From assembly GCA_030390025.1 (NCBI GenBank), contig CM059432.1, forward strand, positions 21,268,001 through 21,332,000: DNA of 64,000 nt, in the 5' to 3' direction. Below, piece by piece: positions 26,175 to 38,218 of this stretch. Numbering within the stretch: position 1 is the first letter of the stretch; every line of letters begins with the position of its first letter. The notes under the pieces were generated by a model. The model had not been told where the DNA came from. It saw nothing but the letters and a program-made list of their open reading frames with translations, and did no database searches. The stretch comes from Squalus acanthias. Lineage: Eukaryota. The translations under genes and the position numbers were made by a program.

Positions 26175-27370
26175 ATGCAATGGACCAGGGTCAAGCAAGG
26201 CTGTATCATCACACCAACACTCTTCTCGATCTTCCTGGCTGCAATGCTTCATCTCACCCTCAGTAAGCTCCCCGCTGGAGTGGGGCTAATCTACAGAACA
26301 AACGGGAAACTGTTCAACCTCCGTCGCCTCCAGTCCAGATCCAACGTCGTCCCATCCTCTGTCATCGAATTACAGTAGGCAGACGATGCTTGCGTCTGCG
26401 CACACTCTGAGGCCGAGCTCCAAACCATCGTCAACACCTTCACCGATGCGTACGAGAGCATGGGCCTTACACTAAACATCAGTAAGGCAGAGGTCCTCTA
26501 CCAACCTGCCCCCGCCACACAGTACTGCTCCCTGATTATCAAAATCCATGACGAGGCCTTTGACAACGTGGAACACTTTCCATACCTCGGGAGCCTACTG
26601 TCAACAAGGGCAGACAGCGATGACGAAGTCCAACACCGCCTTCAGTGTGCCAGTGCAGCCTTCGGTCGCCTGAGGAAGAGAGTGTTTGAAGACCAGGACC
26701 TCAAACCCAGCACCAAGCTCATGGTCTACAGAGCAGTAGTGATACCCGCTCTCCTGTATGCTTCAGAGACATGGACCATGTACAGCAGGCACCTCAAAGC
26801 ACTGGAGAGGTACCACCAACGCTGCCTTCGCAAGATCCTGCAATTCCATTGGCAGGATAGGCGCACCAACGTCAGTGTTGTCGCTCAGGCCAACATCCCC
26901 AGCATCGAAGCTTTGACCACGCTCGATCAGCTCCGATAGACGGGTCACATCGTCCGCATGCCCGATACGAGACTCCCAAAACAAACGCTCTACTCGGAGC
27001 TCCGATACGGCAAGAGAGCCGCAGGTGGGCAGAGGAAACGCTTCAAGGACACCCTCAAAGCCTCCTTGAAAAAGTGCAACACCCCACCAACACCTGGGAA
27101 TCCCTGGCCCAAGATCGCACAAAGTGGAGGAGAAGCATCCGGGAAGGCGCCGAACACCTCGAGTCTCTTCGCCAGGAGCAAGCGGAAGCCAAGTGGAAAC
27201 AGCAGAAGGAGCGCACGTCAACCCAAGCACCCCACCCCTTCAACCACCGTCTGCCCCATCTGTGACAGAGACTGTAGGTCCCGCATTGGACTCATCAGTC
27301 ACCTGAGAACTCATTTTTAGTGTGGAAGCAAGTCATCCTCGGTTCCGAGGGACTGCCGAAGAAGAGAAGA
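26175..27370 (+). mobile_element. RTE-clade LINE 3' half
   Basis: VKQGCIITPTLF, Q*ADD, FPYLGSLLS, KLMVYRAVVIPALLYASETWT, RLPKQTLYSEL, C-terminal CPIC...SRIGLISHLRTH; GAA-rich tail. Confidence 0.93.
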
Positions 27371-27604
27371 GTGGTAGCAGTGAAATGCGGCTCGGTCATG
27401 AGAGGGATGATGGTGAAAGGGGACATGGAAATGGGGAATTCTCACCCACAGCCCACCCCTCAGTCAGTAGCCCACATGCTGCCGCATGTCCCGATGGCTG
27501 AATCTGGCCCTGCACAGGTGCAGGTGGAGCAGTCTTTGGTAGGGCCCTCCTGGGCTGCAAAACCCAGAGGACGTCGGCCAAGAGCATCTCAGCAGTCAGC
27601 GCAC

Positions 27605-28010
27605 CGAGTCCTAGTACCAACCCCTGGGGAACACCACTGTGTACCTTCCTCCAGTCCGATAAACAACCGTTCACCACTTCTCTCTGTTTCCTGTCACTTA
27701 GCCAATTCCGTATCCATGCTGCCACTGTCCCTTTTAATCCATGGGCTTGAACTTTGCTGGCAAGCCTATTATGTGGCACTTTATCAAACGCCTTTTGGAA
27801 GTCCATGTACACCACATCAACCGCATTGCCCTCATCAATCCTCTCTGTTAACCTCATCAAAAAACTCGATCAAGTTGGTTAAACACGATTTGCCTTTAAC
27901 AAATCCATGCTGGCTTTCCTTAATTAATCCACACTTGTCCAAGTAACTGTTAATTTTGTCCTGGATTATTGTTTCTAATAGCTTCCCTACTACCGAGATT
28001 AAACTGACTG
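27605..28010 (-). mobile_element. CR1 RT fragment
   Basis: [32 protein letters not shown]. Confidence 0.9.
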
Positions 28011-28775
28011 TCCTGTTGACACTGCTGTTCAGACATGTCAAGGAAACTCAACATCTGCCTGTAGACCCTATTTCACGGGTAGTGCCTCCTGCGAGCCACA
28101 CCCCTCTGCTGCTGCCCTCTCTCCTGTGCAGCTCCAGTTCTGTGACCAGCAGGGAGCTGGTGGTTCTGTTGCTGCTGATTATATTGCTCCTCATCTTAGG
28201 TCCAAACTAAGGTAGCCAAAGCACCACCCATCCTGATATGATAGAACAAACCTCCAAGTTGTAGAAAGTAAACTCTCAGCAAAAATACTGTGAACAAACT
28301 CTTTCCCACTAGCAGGTAAGAAAGCAGTTGTGAGTACTGTGTCTTTATTGCCAGGTTTCCATGAGATGGATTGACCCCCTCAATTGCCACGTGTACTCGC
28401 CTTGCTTTCACTGGTGACTCAGGAAGCCTGGGAAACCCATGAATCTGACGTTAAACTCAAAAGTCTGTGTAAATATCGCTCTAATTGAGCGATTAACGCG
28501 CTCGAGTGAAGTGCGGAGGTCGGTGGGTTGGAGCTGGCTTCCTGACGCAGTGTCATTTTCCCCAGTTTTAATCCCCACCCCCCCCACATGCACACAAAAC
28601 CATGCGCTCCTCCATGTTAAAATTCCCCCAATATTTCAGTGAGTGAGTGTTTAATCTTTTAAAATCTGAAACTAAGGAAAAACAAAATGACATTCGGCAT
28701 TTCAATAGACTAACTAGACCCAATTTTCTCAAAGACTCTATTAAGGGTTACTCTCCTTCTCCAACCAACACCCGG

Positions 28776-29228
28776 AAAGAAATGCATTGATATAGCACCT
28801 TTCACAACCTCAGGACGTCCCAAAGCACTTTATAGCCAATGAAGTACTTTTGAAGTGTAGTCACTGTTATAATGTAGGAAACACAGCAGCCAATTTGTAC
28901 ACAGCAAGCTCCCACAAACAGCAATGTGATAATGACCAGATAATCTGTTTTTGATATATTGATTGAGGGATAAATATTGGCCAGGAAACGCTCCTGCTCT
29001 TCTTCGAAATAGTGCCATGGGCTCTTTTATGTCCACTTGAGAGAGCAGACGGGGCCTCAGTTTAACATCTCATCTGAAAGACGGCACCTCTGACAGTGCA
29101 GCGCCCCCTCAGCACTGCACTGGAGTGTCAGCCTAGCTTTATGTGCTCAAGTCTCTGGAGTGGGACAATTGACCCACAACCTTCTGACTCAGAGGCGAGA
29201 GTGCTACCCACTGAGCCACAGCTGACAG
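28776..29228 (-). mobile_element. Full-length tRNA-derived Deu-domain SINE (SacSINE1-like) with L2-type tail
   Basis: Minus strand starts GTCAGCTGTGGCTCAGTGGGTAGCAC (A box), then a degenerate B box, Deu core GTGCCGTCTTTCAGATGAGATGTTAAAC...GTGGACATAAAAGA.CCCATGGCACTATTT, and L2-like end GGTGCTATATCAATGCA. Confidence 0.85.
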
Positions 29229-29664
29229 CCCTTGCGTCACCACACCTAGTTCGATCTGCTTTCCCATTCCAACCCTCCCAGTTGATGGTGGCACTCTTCT
29301 TCCTGCTCCTTCAGTTCCACTTGACAATCCTCCAACTTCCGCTTCCCGCTCCCCAAAGCCCACCCAGTTCAATCGGGCACCCTCCAAAAAACTCAGATTA
29401 AATTTTTACATTACTTTGTCCCAAAAGTTCAAGATAACATTTTTGTTCAGCCCCAAGTCATGCTCTGTCCTCAGTTAATTCATGAACTCTCCTCTTCCCT
29501 CCCCCTTAGTGATTGCCTGTATCTCCTTCCTTCCAATGCCAGCTCAGTTAATGTTGCCACTCTGCTTCCTCCTCTTTCCCTCATTTGATGCTGACCTTCT
29601 TCCTCTGTCAGCTTGGCATCTGCGAGTTAAAAGGTTGAGGGTTCCATTTCCCCTTCAGGACTTC

Positions 29665-30160
29665 AGCATATAAGCTAGGCTGATGCTTTAGTGTAGCACT
29701 GAGGCAGTGTTGCAGTGTCAGATGAAATGTTAAATTACCTGTCAGGTAAATCTACCTGTTCAGGGGGATGTAAAAGATACGAGTTGTGCCCCGGTTAATA
29801 TTTATCCCTTAACCAAGATCACCAAAACAAATGAACTAATCCAAAAGCAAAATACTGCAGATGCTGGAAATCTGAAATAAGAACAGAAAATGCTGGAAAT
29901 ACTCAGCAGGTCAGGCAGCATCCGTGGAGAGAGAAACAGAGTTGACGTTTCAGGTCAATGACCTTTCGACAGAAATGGCAGAGATTAACTAATCATTTGG
30001 CTCATTTTCTGTTTGTGGGACTTTGCTGTGAACAAATTGGCTGCTGCATTTGCTTACAATACAACAGTGACTACACTTCAAAAGTAGTTCATTGGCTGCA
30101 AAGTACTTTGGGACATCCTGACGTGATCAGGTGCTATGTAAATGCAACTTCTTTCTTTCC
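29665..30160 (+). mobile_element. Second Deu-domain SINE copy, interrupted by a minus-strand Penelope fragment (about 29840-29975)
   Basis: Same core and tail as 28776-29228; the insert is the reverse complement of the 30890-31022 Penelope end. Confidence 0.75.
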
Positions 30161-30184
30161 TCTTCCAGCTCTCAGTTATTGCTG

Positions 30185-30692
30185 AAGCTTCCCTTCGCTA
30201 AAGTGACGTCAAAACCAGGGAAGGAGCTGATTGGTAAGTAGGACCTGGTCGAGTGCTCCTCCTGTGCTATGTGGGAAGTCAGGGACACTTTCGGCATCCA
30301 GGGTGAACACGTGTGCAGGAAGTGTCTCCAGCTGCAGCTACTCAAAATCCGCATTTCGGAACTGGAGCAGTGGCTGGAGTCACTGTGGAGCATCCGCGAG
30401 GCTGAGATCTACGTGGACAGCACGTTTAACGAGGTGGTCACACTGTAGGTAAAGAGTGCATAGGCAGAAAGGGAATGGGTGACCGCCAGACAGAGTAAAA
30501 GAACTAGGAGGGTAGTGCAGGAGTCCCCTGGGTCCATCTCCCTTTCCAACAGATTTTCCATTTTGGATACTGCTGGGGGAGATGGTTTCTCAGGGGAATT
30601 CAGCAAGAGCCAAGTCCGTGGCAGTATGAGTGGCTCAGCTGCACAGGAGGGGAGGAAAAAGAGTGGGAGAGCAATAGTGATAGGGGATTCTA
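30185..30692 (+). mobile_element. CR1 5' region / ORF1 remnant (zinc finger, leucine zipper, start of SGNH esterase)
   Basis: VECSSCAMWE...HVCRKCLQLQLL..RISELE; RAIVIGDSII. Homologous to 63373-64000. Confidence 0.85.
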
Positions 30693-31025
30693 TCATAGCA
30701 GCTGTCCTTCATTCTGCCAGTGGATTTCACACTTCTTTCAGCCTTAATCTGTCACATTAACACCACCTCTAGCCTTGCATATCTCTTAATGTCTCTTAAT
30801 GTCTCTTCATCTCCCCCTTTGTTCTTTTATCCCCTCCCCCTTTTCCCAGCTTTACTCTGGCCTTAAATCTATTTGATTTCCGGCTCTTCACAGTTCTGAC
30901 GAAAGGTCATCGACCTGAAACGTTAACTCTCTTTCTCTCTCCACGGATGCTGCCTGGCCTGCTGAGTTTTTCCAGCGTTTTCTGTTGTCATTTCAGATTT
31001 CCAGCATCCGCAGTATTTTGCTATC
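30693..31025 (+). mobile_element. Penelope-like element terminal fragment
   Basis: Pyrimidine-rich tract, intact minimal hammerhead, then GATGCTGCCTGGCCTGCTGAG...CAGCATCCGCAGTATTTTGCT end. Confidence 0.8.
30892..30928 (+). ncRNA. Minimal type I hammerhead ribozyme (Penelope-type)
   Basis: Stem I AGUU/AACU; core CUGACGA (30896-30902); stem II AGGUC/GACCU; GAAA; palindromic stem III AACGUU; cleavage triplet GUU. Confidence 0.8.
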
Positions 31026-31029
31026 GTAG

Positions 31030-33370
31030 AGGGTGAGAAGGTTGGTTCTCAAACAAGCATACTAAGCTTGAATAAAGGAGACTATGATGGCATGAGAGCA
31101 GAATTGATTAAAGTGGACTGGGAAAATAGATTAAAGGGTAAGACGGTACATGAGCAGTGGTGTTCATTCAAGGAGTTATGTTACAACTTTCAAAATAAAT
31201 ATATTCCACTGAGGAAAAAAGGGTGTAAAGGAAATGACAGCCATCCATAGCTAAGTAAAGAAATTAAGGATAGTATCTAACTAAAAGCAAGGACATATAA
31301 GGTAGCCAAAGTTAGTGGGAGGATAGAAGATTGGGAAGTCTTCAAAAGACAACAAAAAGTAACTAAAGGATTGATTAAGAAAGGGAAAATAGACTATGAA
31401 AATAAATTAGCAAAAAATATAAAAACAGATAGCAAGTGTTTCTATAGTTATATAAAAAGAAAAAGGGTGGTTAAGGCAAACGTAGGTCCCTTAGAGGATG
31501 AGACCGGGAAATTAATGGTGGGAAACATGGAGATGGCAAAAATGCTGAACAAATATTTTGTTTCAGTCTTTACAGTAGAGGACACTAAGAATATCCCAAC
31601 ACTGGACAAACAGGGGGCTCTAGTGGGGGAGGAGCTAAATACGATTAAAATCACTAAGGAATTGGTACTCAGTAAAATAATGGGACTCAAGGCGGATAAA
31701 TCCCCTGGACCTGATGGCTTACATCCTAGGGTTTTGAGGGAAGTGGCAGTAGGAATTGTGGATGCTTTGGTAATAATTTTCCCAAACTCCCTGAACTCAG
31801 CAAAGGTCCTGGCAGATTGGAAAACTGCTAATGTAACACCCTTATTTAAAAAGGGTAGTAGGCAGAAGGCTGGAAATTATAGACCAGTTAGCCTAACATC
31901 TGTGGTGGGTAAAATTTTGGAGTCTATTATTAAGGAGACAGTAACGGAACATTTAGCTAAATATAATTTAATAGGACAAAGTCAGCATGGCTTTATGAAG
32001 GAGAAGTCATGTCTGACAAATTTGCTCGAGTTCTTTGAGGACATAACGTACAGGGTGGATAAAGGGGAACCAGTGGATGTAGTGTATTTAGAGTTCCAGA
32101 AGGCATTCGACAAGGTGCCACATAAAAGATTATTACTCAAGATAAAAGATCACTGGATTGGGGGTAATATTCTGGCATGGGTGGAGGATTGGTTATCTAA
32201 CAGGAAGCAGAGAGTTGGGATAAATGGTTCATTCTCGGACTGGCAACCAGTAGCCAGTGGTGTTCCGCAGGGGTCGGTGCTGGGTCCCCAACTCTTTACA
32301 ATCTATATTAACGATTTGGAGGAGGGGACCGAGTGTAACATATCAAAGTTTGCAGATGATACAAAGATGGGAGGGAAAGTAGAAAGTGAGGAGGACATAA
32401 AAAACCTACAAGGGGATATAGACAGGCTGGGTGAGTGGGCAGAGATTTGGCAGATGCAATACAATATTGGAAAATGTGAGGAAAAATCAGAGAGCAAGTT
32501 ATTATCTTAATGACGAGAAACTGGAAAGTACTGCAGTACAAAGGGATCTGGAGGTCTTGGTGCAAGAAAATCAAAAAGTTAGTATGCAGGTGCAGCAGGC
32601 GATCAAGAAAGCCAATGGAATGTTGACTTTTATTGCTGGGGGGATAGAATATAAAAACAGGAAGGTATTGCTGCAGTTGTATAGGGTATTGGTGAGACCG
32701 CACCTGGAGTACTGCATACAGTTTTGGTGTCCATACTTAAGAAAAGACATACTTGCTCTCGAGGCAGTACAAAGAAGGTTCACTCGGTTAATTCCGGGGA
32801 TGAGGGGGTGGACATACGAGGAGAGGTTGAGTAGATTGGGACTCTACTCATTGGAGTTCAGAAGAATTAGAGGCGATCTTATTGAAACATATAAGATTGT
32901 GAAGGGGCTTGATCGGGTGGACGCGGTGAGGATGTTCCCAATGATGGGTGAAACTAGAACTAGGGGACATAATCTTAGAATAAGGGGCTCCTCTTTCAAA
33001 ACTGAGATGAGGAGAAACTTTTTCACTCAGAGGGTAGTGGGTCTGTGGAATTTGCTACCCCAGGAAGCTGTGGAAGCTACTTCATTAAATAAATTTAAAA
33101 CAGAAATAGACCGTTTCCTAGAAGTAAAGGGAATCAGGAGTTACGGGGAGCGGGCTGGAAATTGGACATAAGTTTGAGTTTGGATCGGTCAAGGCCCTGT
33201 GGGTGGCGGAGCGGGCCCAGGGGCCGAGTGGCCTGGTCCTGCTCCTACTTCTTGTGTTCTTTAGAGTTGAGGTTGGATCAGATCAGCCATGATCTCATTG
33301 AATGGCGGAGCAGGCTCGAGGGGCCGATTGGTCTACTCCTGCTCCTATTTCTTATGTTCTTATGTTCTTA
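31030..33370 (+). mobile_element. CR1 LINE ORF2 (RT) and 3' UTR with duplicated terminal module
   Basis: ORFs 31371-32510 and 32431-33171 (FADDTK etc.); (TTCTTATG)n tail. Confidence 0.96.
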
Positions 33371-35164
33371 TAACATGGGAGCCAGGAGATTGGAGTTAAG
33401 GAATGGTGCTGATGGGTTGCCTTGTCCATGTTGATTATTAATTACGAACATATGGAAAAACAGTGACTGTCCGCATCTCTGAAGAGGGGAAACCAAGTGG
33501 AACATTTTACACAGAGAACATTAGACTTTTGCAATAAAGACAGAGATTAAGAAAAAATTACTTATGCAGAGAATGGTTGAGGCAGAGACCATTGCATCTT
33601 TTAAGGGAAGTGAAAATAAACATTTGAAGTAGAGGAACGTATATGAAGACAGTGGGATTACTTCTGGATTGTGCTAGCAAAGAGCTGGCGCTGAAAACAC
33701 TACTGGAACATTCACAGATGTCCCTAGCACCAATATACGGAAGGTTATAGCCCAGTGTCTTATGCAGTCCAAGTAGACCATCCCCCATTATTATCTATCT
33801 ATAGATGTCAACATCGATAGGATTCTGGAGTTTAGGCTCCGTTTGCTGTAGCACGTACAGACTCTGTTTAAATAGACTCTGTTTGCTGTGTGCTGTGTAA
33901 ATAAACTCTGCTGTAAAATAGACTGTTTGCTGTAAGTTCTGCCACAAGTCCCGCCCCATCTCCAAGACATTGGCTGACAGTGCAAATCATTGGCTGAAAC
34001 AGTAGTGTCAATACGCACTCCATTTTTAAAAATATACATATACAGGATAGTGATGGTAGGGAGAAAGGCTTCTAAAATTTGTTCCATGTTGCCACTGGCT
34101 AGAGTCTGCAACTACATTGTTACACGCAATTGTTACATAGAGGATTTCCATTCAAACTGTTTAAATAGAAGGTTCCAATGTTAAATGTTGACATAAAAGT
34201 GTGACCAAAAATCATGACCACAGGATGTGAATACGTGCTCCAAATTTTCACGTAGAGATGTGTGCAGTGTCATGGAGCATCCTGCAGTGAAATGAATGGG
34301 TGCTGAGTCCCATGATGAAATCAATGTATGGTTCTCCATGTGGGCTGCTGTTTGTAAAACATAAAGCAATAGACGGGGGAAAAAATGTCATATTTTAGCG
34401 CTCAGCTCAGTTTTCTCTCACAGGCATCCTGTCTGTCGGATCAGCAGAGATTTTTTATCAGTGCCAATCTGAAATCTTAACTATGATGAAATATGCAAAT
34501 ATGTCAACAGGGATCAATCTGAAGGTGAAAATTGGCATAAATATGGATATAATCATGGACAATTAAGGTGATTATATTTACGTAGGAAATAATGGGAGAA
34601 AATTGAAGTTTCATGTTCTAAGGTATGTCAGAGATAATGTAATAACATTAAAAGGGCCCTGACTGCAGGAAGCCTTATTGCATTTGTTTACAAGTACATG
34701 ATAATGTTTAATCACTTTGAAATAGATCATCACATCGCTTACACATGACACCATCATAACAGAAATGACGCACAATGTCTTTCTTCCCAAAGATAAGGTT
34801 TGGGAAATACTCAGTATATTTCCGTATTTCGGTATCTCATGGACCTTGCAACTTCATAGCAACCAGGGCCCCCTGCTGGAAAGACACTGCACCTTCATTT
34901 AAAAAAAATTAAATGATAAACAAATGTCCTGAGGCTTTGCAATCGCAGATCTTGAATCTGGCTGCCTCACATCAGAATTCAGAGATATTGACATATTTAT
35001 ATCTTTGACTGTCGTCTGACAGACCTGGTTATTTCGACTGCAGTTATACAACTGTACTAGTTTGAGACTGTAGAGTGCTCAGCAAGATCAGAGTTCGACT
35101 GCTGGCTGTGACTTTCCACCAGAAGGGAGCTCTGTGCATGCATGCTTACATGCATGCACAAAAT

Positions 35165-35640
35165 TTACATAGGAACAGGAGTAGGCCGTTCAGACTGTCG
35201 AGCCAGTTTTACCATTCAAATGAATCATAGCTGATCTGTACCTCAATTCCACTGAGCTGTCTTTGCTCCATATCCCTTGATATCGTTACCTAACAAAAAT
35301 CTATCGATCTCAGTCTTGAAAATTTTAATTGACCCAGCATCTACAGCCTATTGGGAGAGAGAGTTCCAGATTTCCACTACCCTTTGCATTCCTCCATCAG
35401 AGGAAATAGTTTCTCTGCAGCTATTCTCTCAAATCCTTTTAAAAATTTTAATTACCTCGATTAGATCACCCAACAACCGTATAAACTAAAGGGAAACAAC
35501 TCAAGTTTATGCAACCTGTCCTCATAATTTAATTCTTTAAGCCCTGGTATAATTCTTCTGAATCTGCGCTGTACCCCTTTCAAGGTCAGTATTTCTTTCC
35601 TGAGGTTTGGTGCCCAAAACTCCAGATGTGGTCTGATCAA
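35165..35640 (-). mobile_element. Old CR1 3' fragment
   Basis: Reverse complement of the CR1 3' UTR (ATAGGAACAGGAGTAGGCC) and ORF2 end. Confidence 0.75.
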
Positions 35641-37956
35641 AGAGAGAAAGAGAGATTTGCATTCAAGGTAATCAAATTACCACTAATGGTGTGGAGGACG
35701 AATTCTTGGAATGCATGCGAGATGGTTTCCTGGATCAGTATGTGGAGGAACCAACCAGGGAACAGGCTATTCTGGATCTGGTACTGTGTAATGAGAAAAG
35801 GCTAATCAATAATCTTGTGGTAAAGGGGCCTTTAGGGACAAGTGACCATAATATGATTGAATTTTACATTAAGTTTGAGAGTGATGTAGTCCAATCTGAA
35901 ACTAAGGTCTTCAATTTAAACAGAGGAAACTACAAGGGTATGAGGGACAAGTTGGCCATGGTAGATTGGGAGACTGCACTAAAAGGTATGAAGGTGGACA
36001 TACAATGGCTAACATTCAAGGAAATAATGCATAATTTGCAACAAACATATATTCCTCTAGGGCATAAAACCCCAAAAGGAAAAGTGATCCAACCATGGCT
36101 AACAAAAGAAATTAAAATTAGTATTAAGTCAAAGGAGGAAGCTTATAAAGTTGCCAGAAAAAGCAGTCAGACTGAGGATTGGGATCTTTTTAGAAATCAA
36201 CTAAGGGGGACCAAGAAATTGATAAAGAAAGGGAAAATGGAATATGAGCACAAACTAGCGAAAAATATAAAAACGGATTAAAAAACTTCTATAGGTATGT
36301 GAAAAGGAAAAGACTGGCAAAGGTAAATGTAGGTCCTTTACAGTCAGAGACGGGAGAATTTATAATGGGGAATGAGGAAATGGTGGAGAAATTAAATAAA
36401 TACTTTGTTTCTGTCTTCACGGAGGAAGACACAAAAAACCTCCTAGAAATACGAGAAAACCAAGGGTGTGGCGAGAATGAGGAACTTAAAGAAATTATTA
36501 GTAAAAAAACAGTACTAGCAAAATTAATGGGACTAAAAGTTGATAAATCCCAAGGACTGGATGACCTACATCCTAGGGTTTTGAAAGAGGTGGCCATTGG
36601 GATAGTGGACACATTGGTTGTCATCTTCCAAAATTCTATAGATTCTGGAAGGGTTCCTGCAGATTGGAGGATAGCAAATGTAACCCTGCTATTTAAGAAA
36701 GGAGGGAGAGAGAAAACAGGGAACTACAGACCTGTTAGCCTCACATCAGTAGTTGGGAAAATGCTGGAATCTATTATAAAGGATGCAATAACTGGGCACT
36801 TAGAAACTAATAGTAAGATTGGGCAGAGTCAACATGGATTTATGAAAGGGAAATCCTGTTTGACAAACCTATTGGAGTTCTTTGAGGATGTAACTAGTGG
36901 AATCGACAAAGGGAAACCGGTAGATGTGGTGTATCTGGATTTTCAGAAGGCCTTCGATAAGGTCCCACACAAGAGGTTGGTGAACAAAATTAGGGCACAT
37001 GGATTGAGAATTGGTTAACAGACAGAAAACAAAGAGTAGGGATAAACGGGTCTTTTTCAAGATGGCAGGCTGTGACTAGTGGGGTACCGCAAGGATCGGT
37101 GCTTGGGCCCCAGCTATTCACAATCTATATCAATGATTTGGATGATGGAACTAAATGTAACATTTCCAAATTTGCTGATGATACAAAGCTAGGTGGCAGT
37201 GTCAGTTGTGAAGAGAATGTGAAGAGGCTTCAGGGGGATCTCAACAGGCTCAGTGAGTGGGAGAGAACCTGGCAGATGAATATAATGTGGATAAATGTGA
37301 AGTTATCCACTTTGGGAGAAAAAACAGAAAGGCAGAGTATTTCCTAAATGGTAAAAGATTGGGGAATGCAGGTGCTCAAAGGGACCTGGGTGTCCTTGTA
37401 CCTGAATTACTGAAAGTAAATGTGCAGGTGCAGCAAGCCATTAGGAAGGCAAATGGTATGCTGGCCTTCCATGCCATGATCTCATTAAATGGAGGAGCAA
37501 GCTCGAGGGGCCGAATGGCCTACTCCTGCTCCTATCTTCTATGCTTCTATGCTTCATTACAAGAGGATTTGAGTACAGGAGTAAAGAAGTCTTACTCCAA
37601 TTGTATAGGGCCTTGGTGAGACCACTCCTGGAGTACGGTGTACAATTTTGGTCTCCTTACCTAAGGAAGGATATACTTGCCATAGAGGGAGTGCAACAAA
37701 GGTTCACGAGATTCATTCCTGGGATGGCGGGACTGTCGCATGAGAAGAGATTGAGTAAACTAGGCCTGTATTCTCTTGAATTCAGAAGAATGAGAGGGGA
37801 TCTCATTGAAGCATACAAAATTATTACAGGGCTTGATAGGGTGGATGCTGGGAGAATGTTTCCCTTGGCTGGGGAGTCTGGAACCAGGGGCCACAGCCTC
37901 AGCATAAAGGGTAGGCCATTCAGGACTGAGATGAGAAGAAATTTCTTCACACTGAG

Positions 37957-38139
37957 TGTGGTAACACTTTTCAGCTTCCTGTATGACATCACTTCCTGTA
38001 ATCAGTCCAGGATAAATACTGGACTGATCAGTTAGCTCTGGAAGAGGCATAGGGTAAGACCTCTTTTGTATGCAGCACCGTTTTAAGTTGATTAAAGCTT
38101 ACATTAAGTTTACCACGCGTAAGGCTCATTCTTACGACA
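37957..38139 (+). repeat. 5' LTR of the Gypsy element
   Basis: 183 bp. TATA-like GATAAATA (38011-38018) lies in the loop of a 10-bp inverted repeat; ATTAAA poly(A) signal at 38091-38096. Confidence 0.97.
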
Positions 38140-38218
38140 ATTTAATCAACTTTTGAAAAACTTCGCACTCAAACTTTTTGGACGAACTCGGAGCTAAGGA
38201 TCCAGGGAATCACCCATC

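Noticed and set aside
27320..27946. 208-aa ORF
   Set aside because: Chimeric read-through across an RTE 3' UTR, an unrelated repeat fragment and an antisense CR1.
29150..29228. tRNA gene
   Set aside because: tRNA-derived SINE head with a degenerate B box; it continues into the SINE body and no cloverleaf can be formed.
38028..38070. Possible hammerhead ribozyme in the Gypsy LTR
   Set aside because: CTGATCAG does not fit CUGANGA and there is no suitably placed GAAA or stem II.
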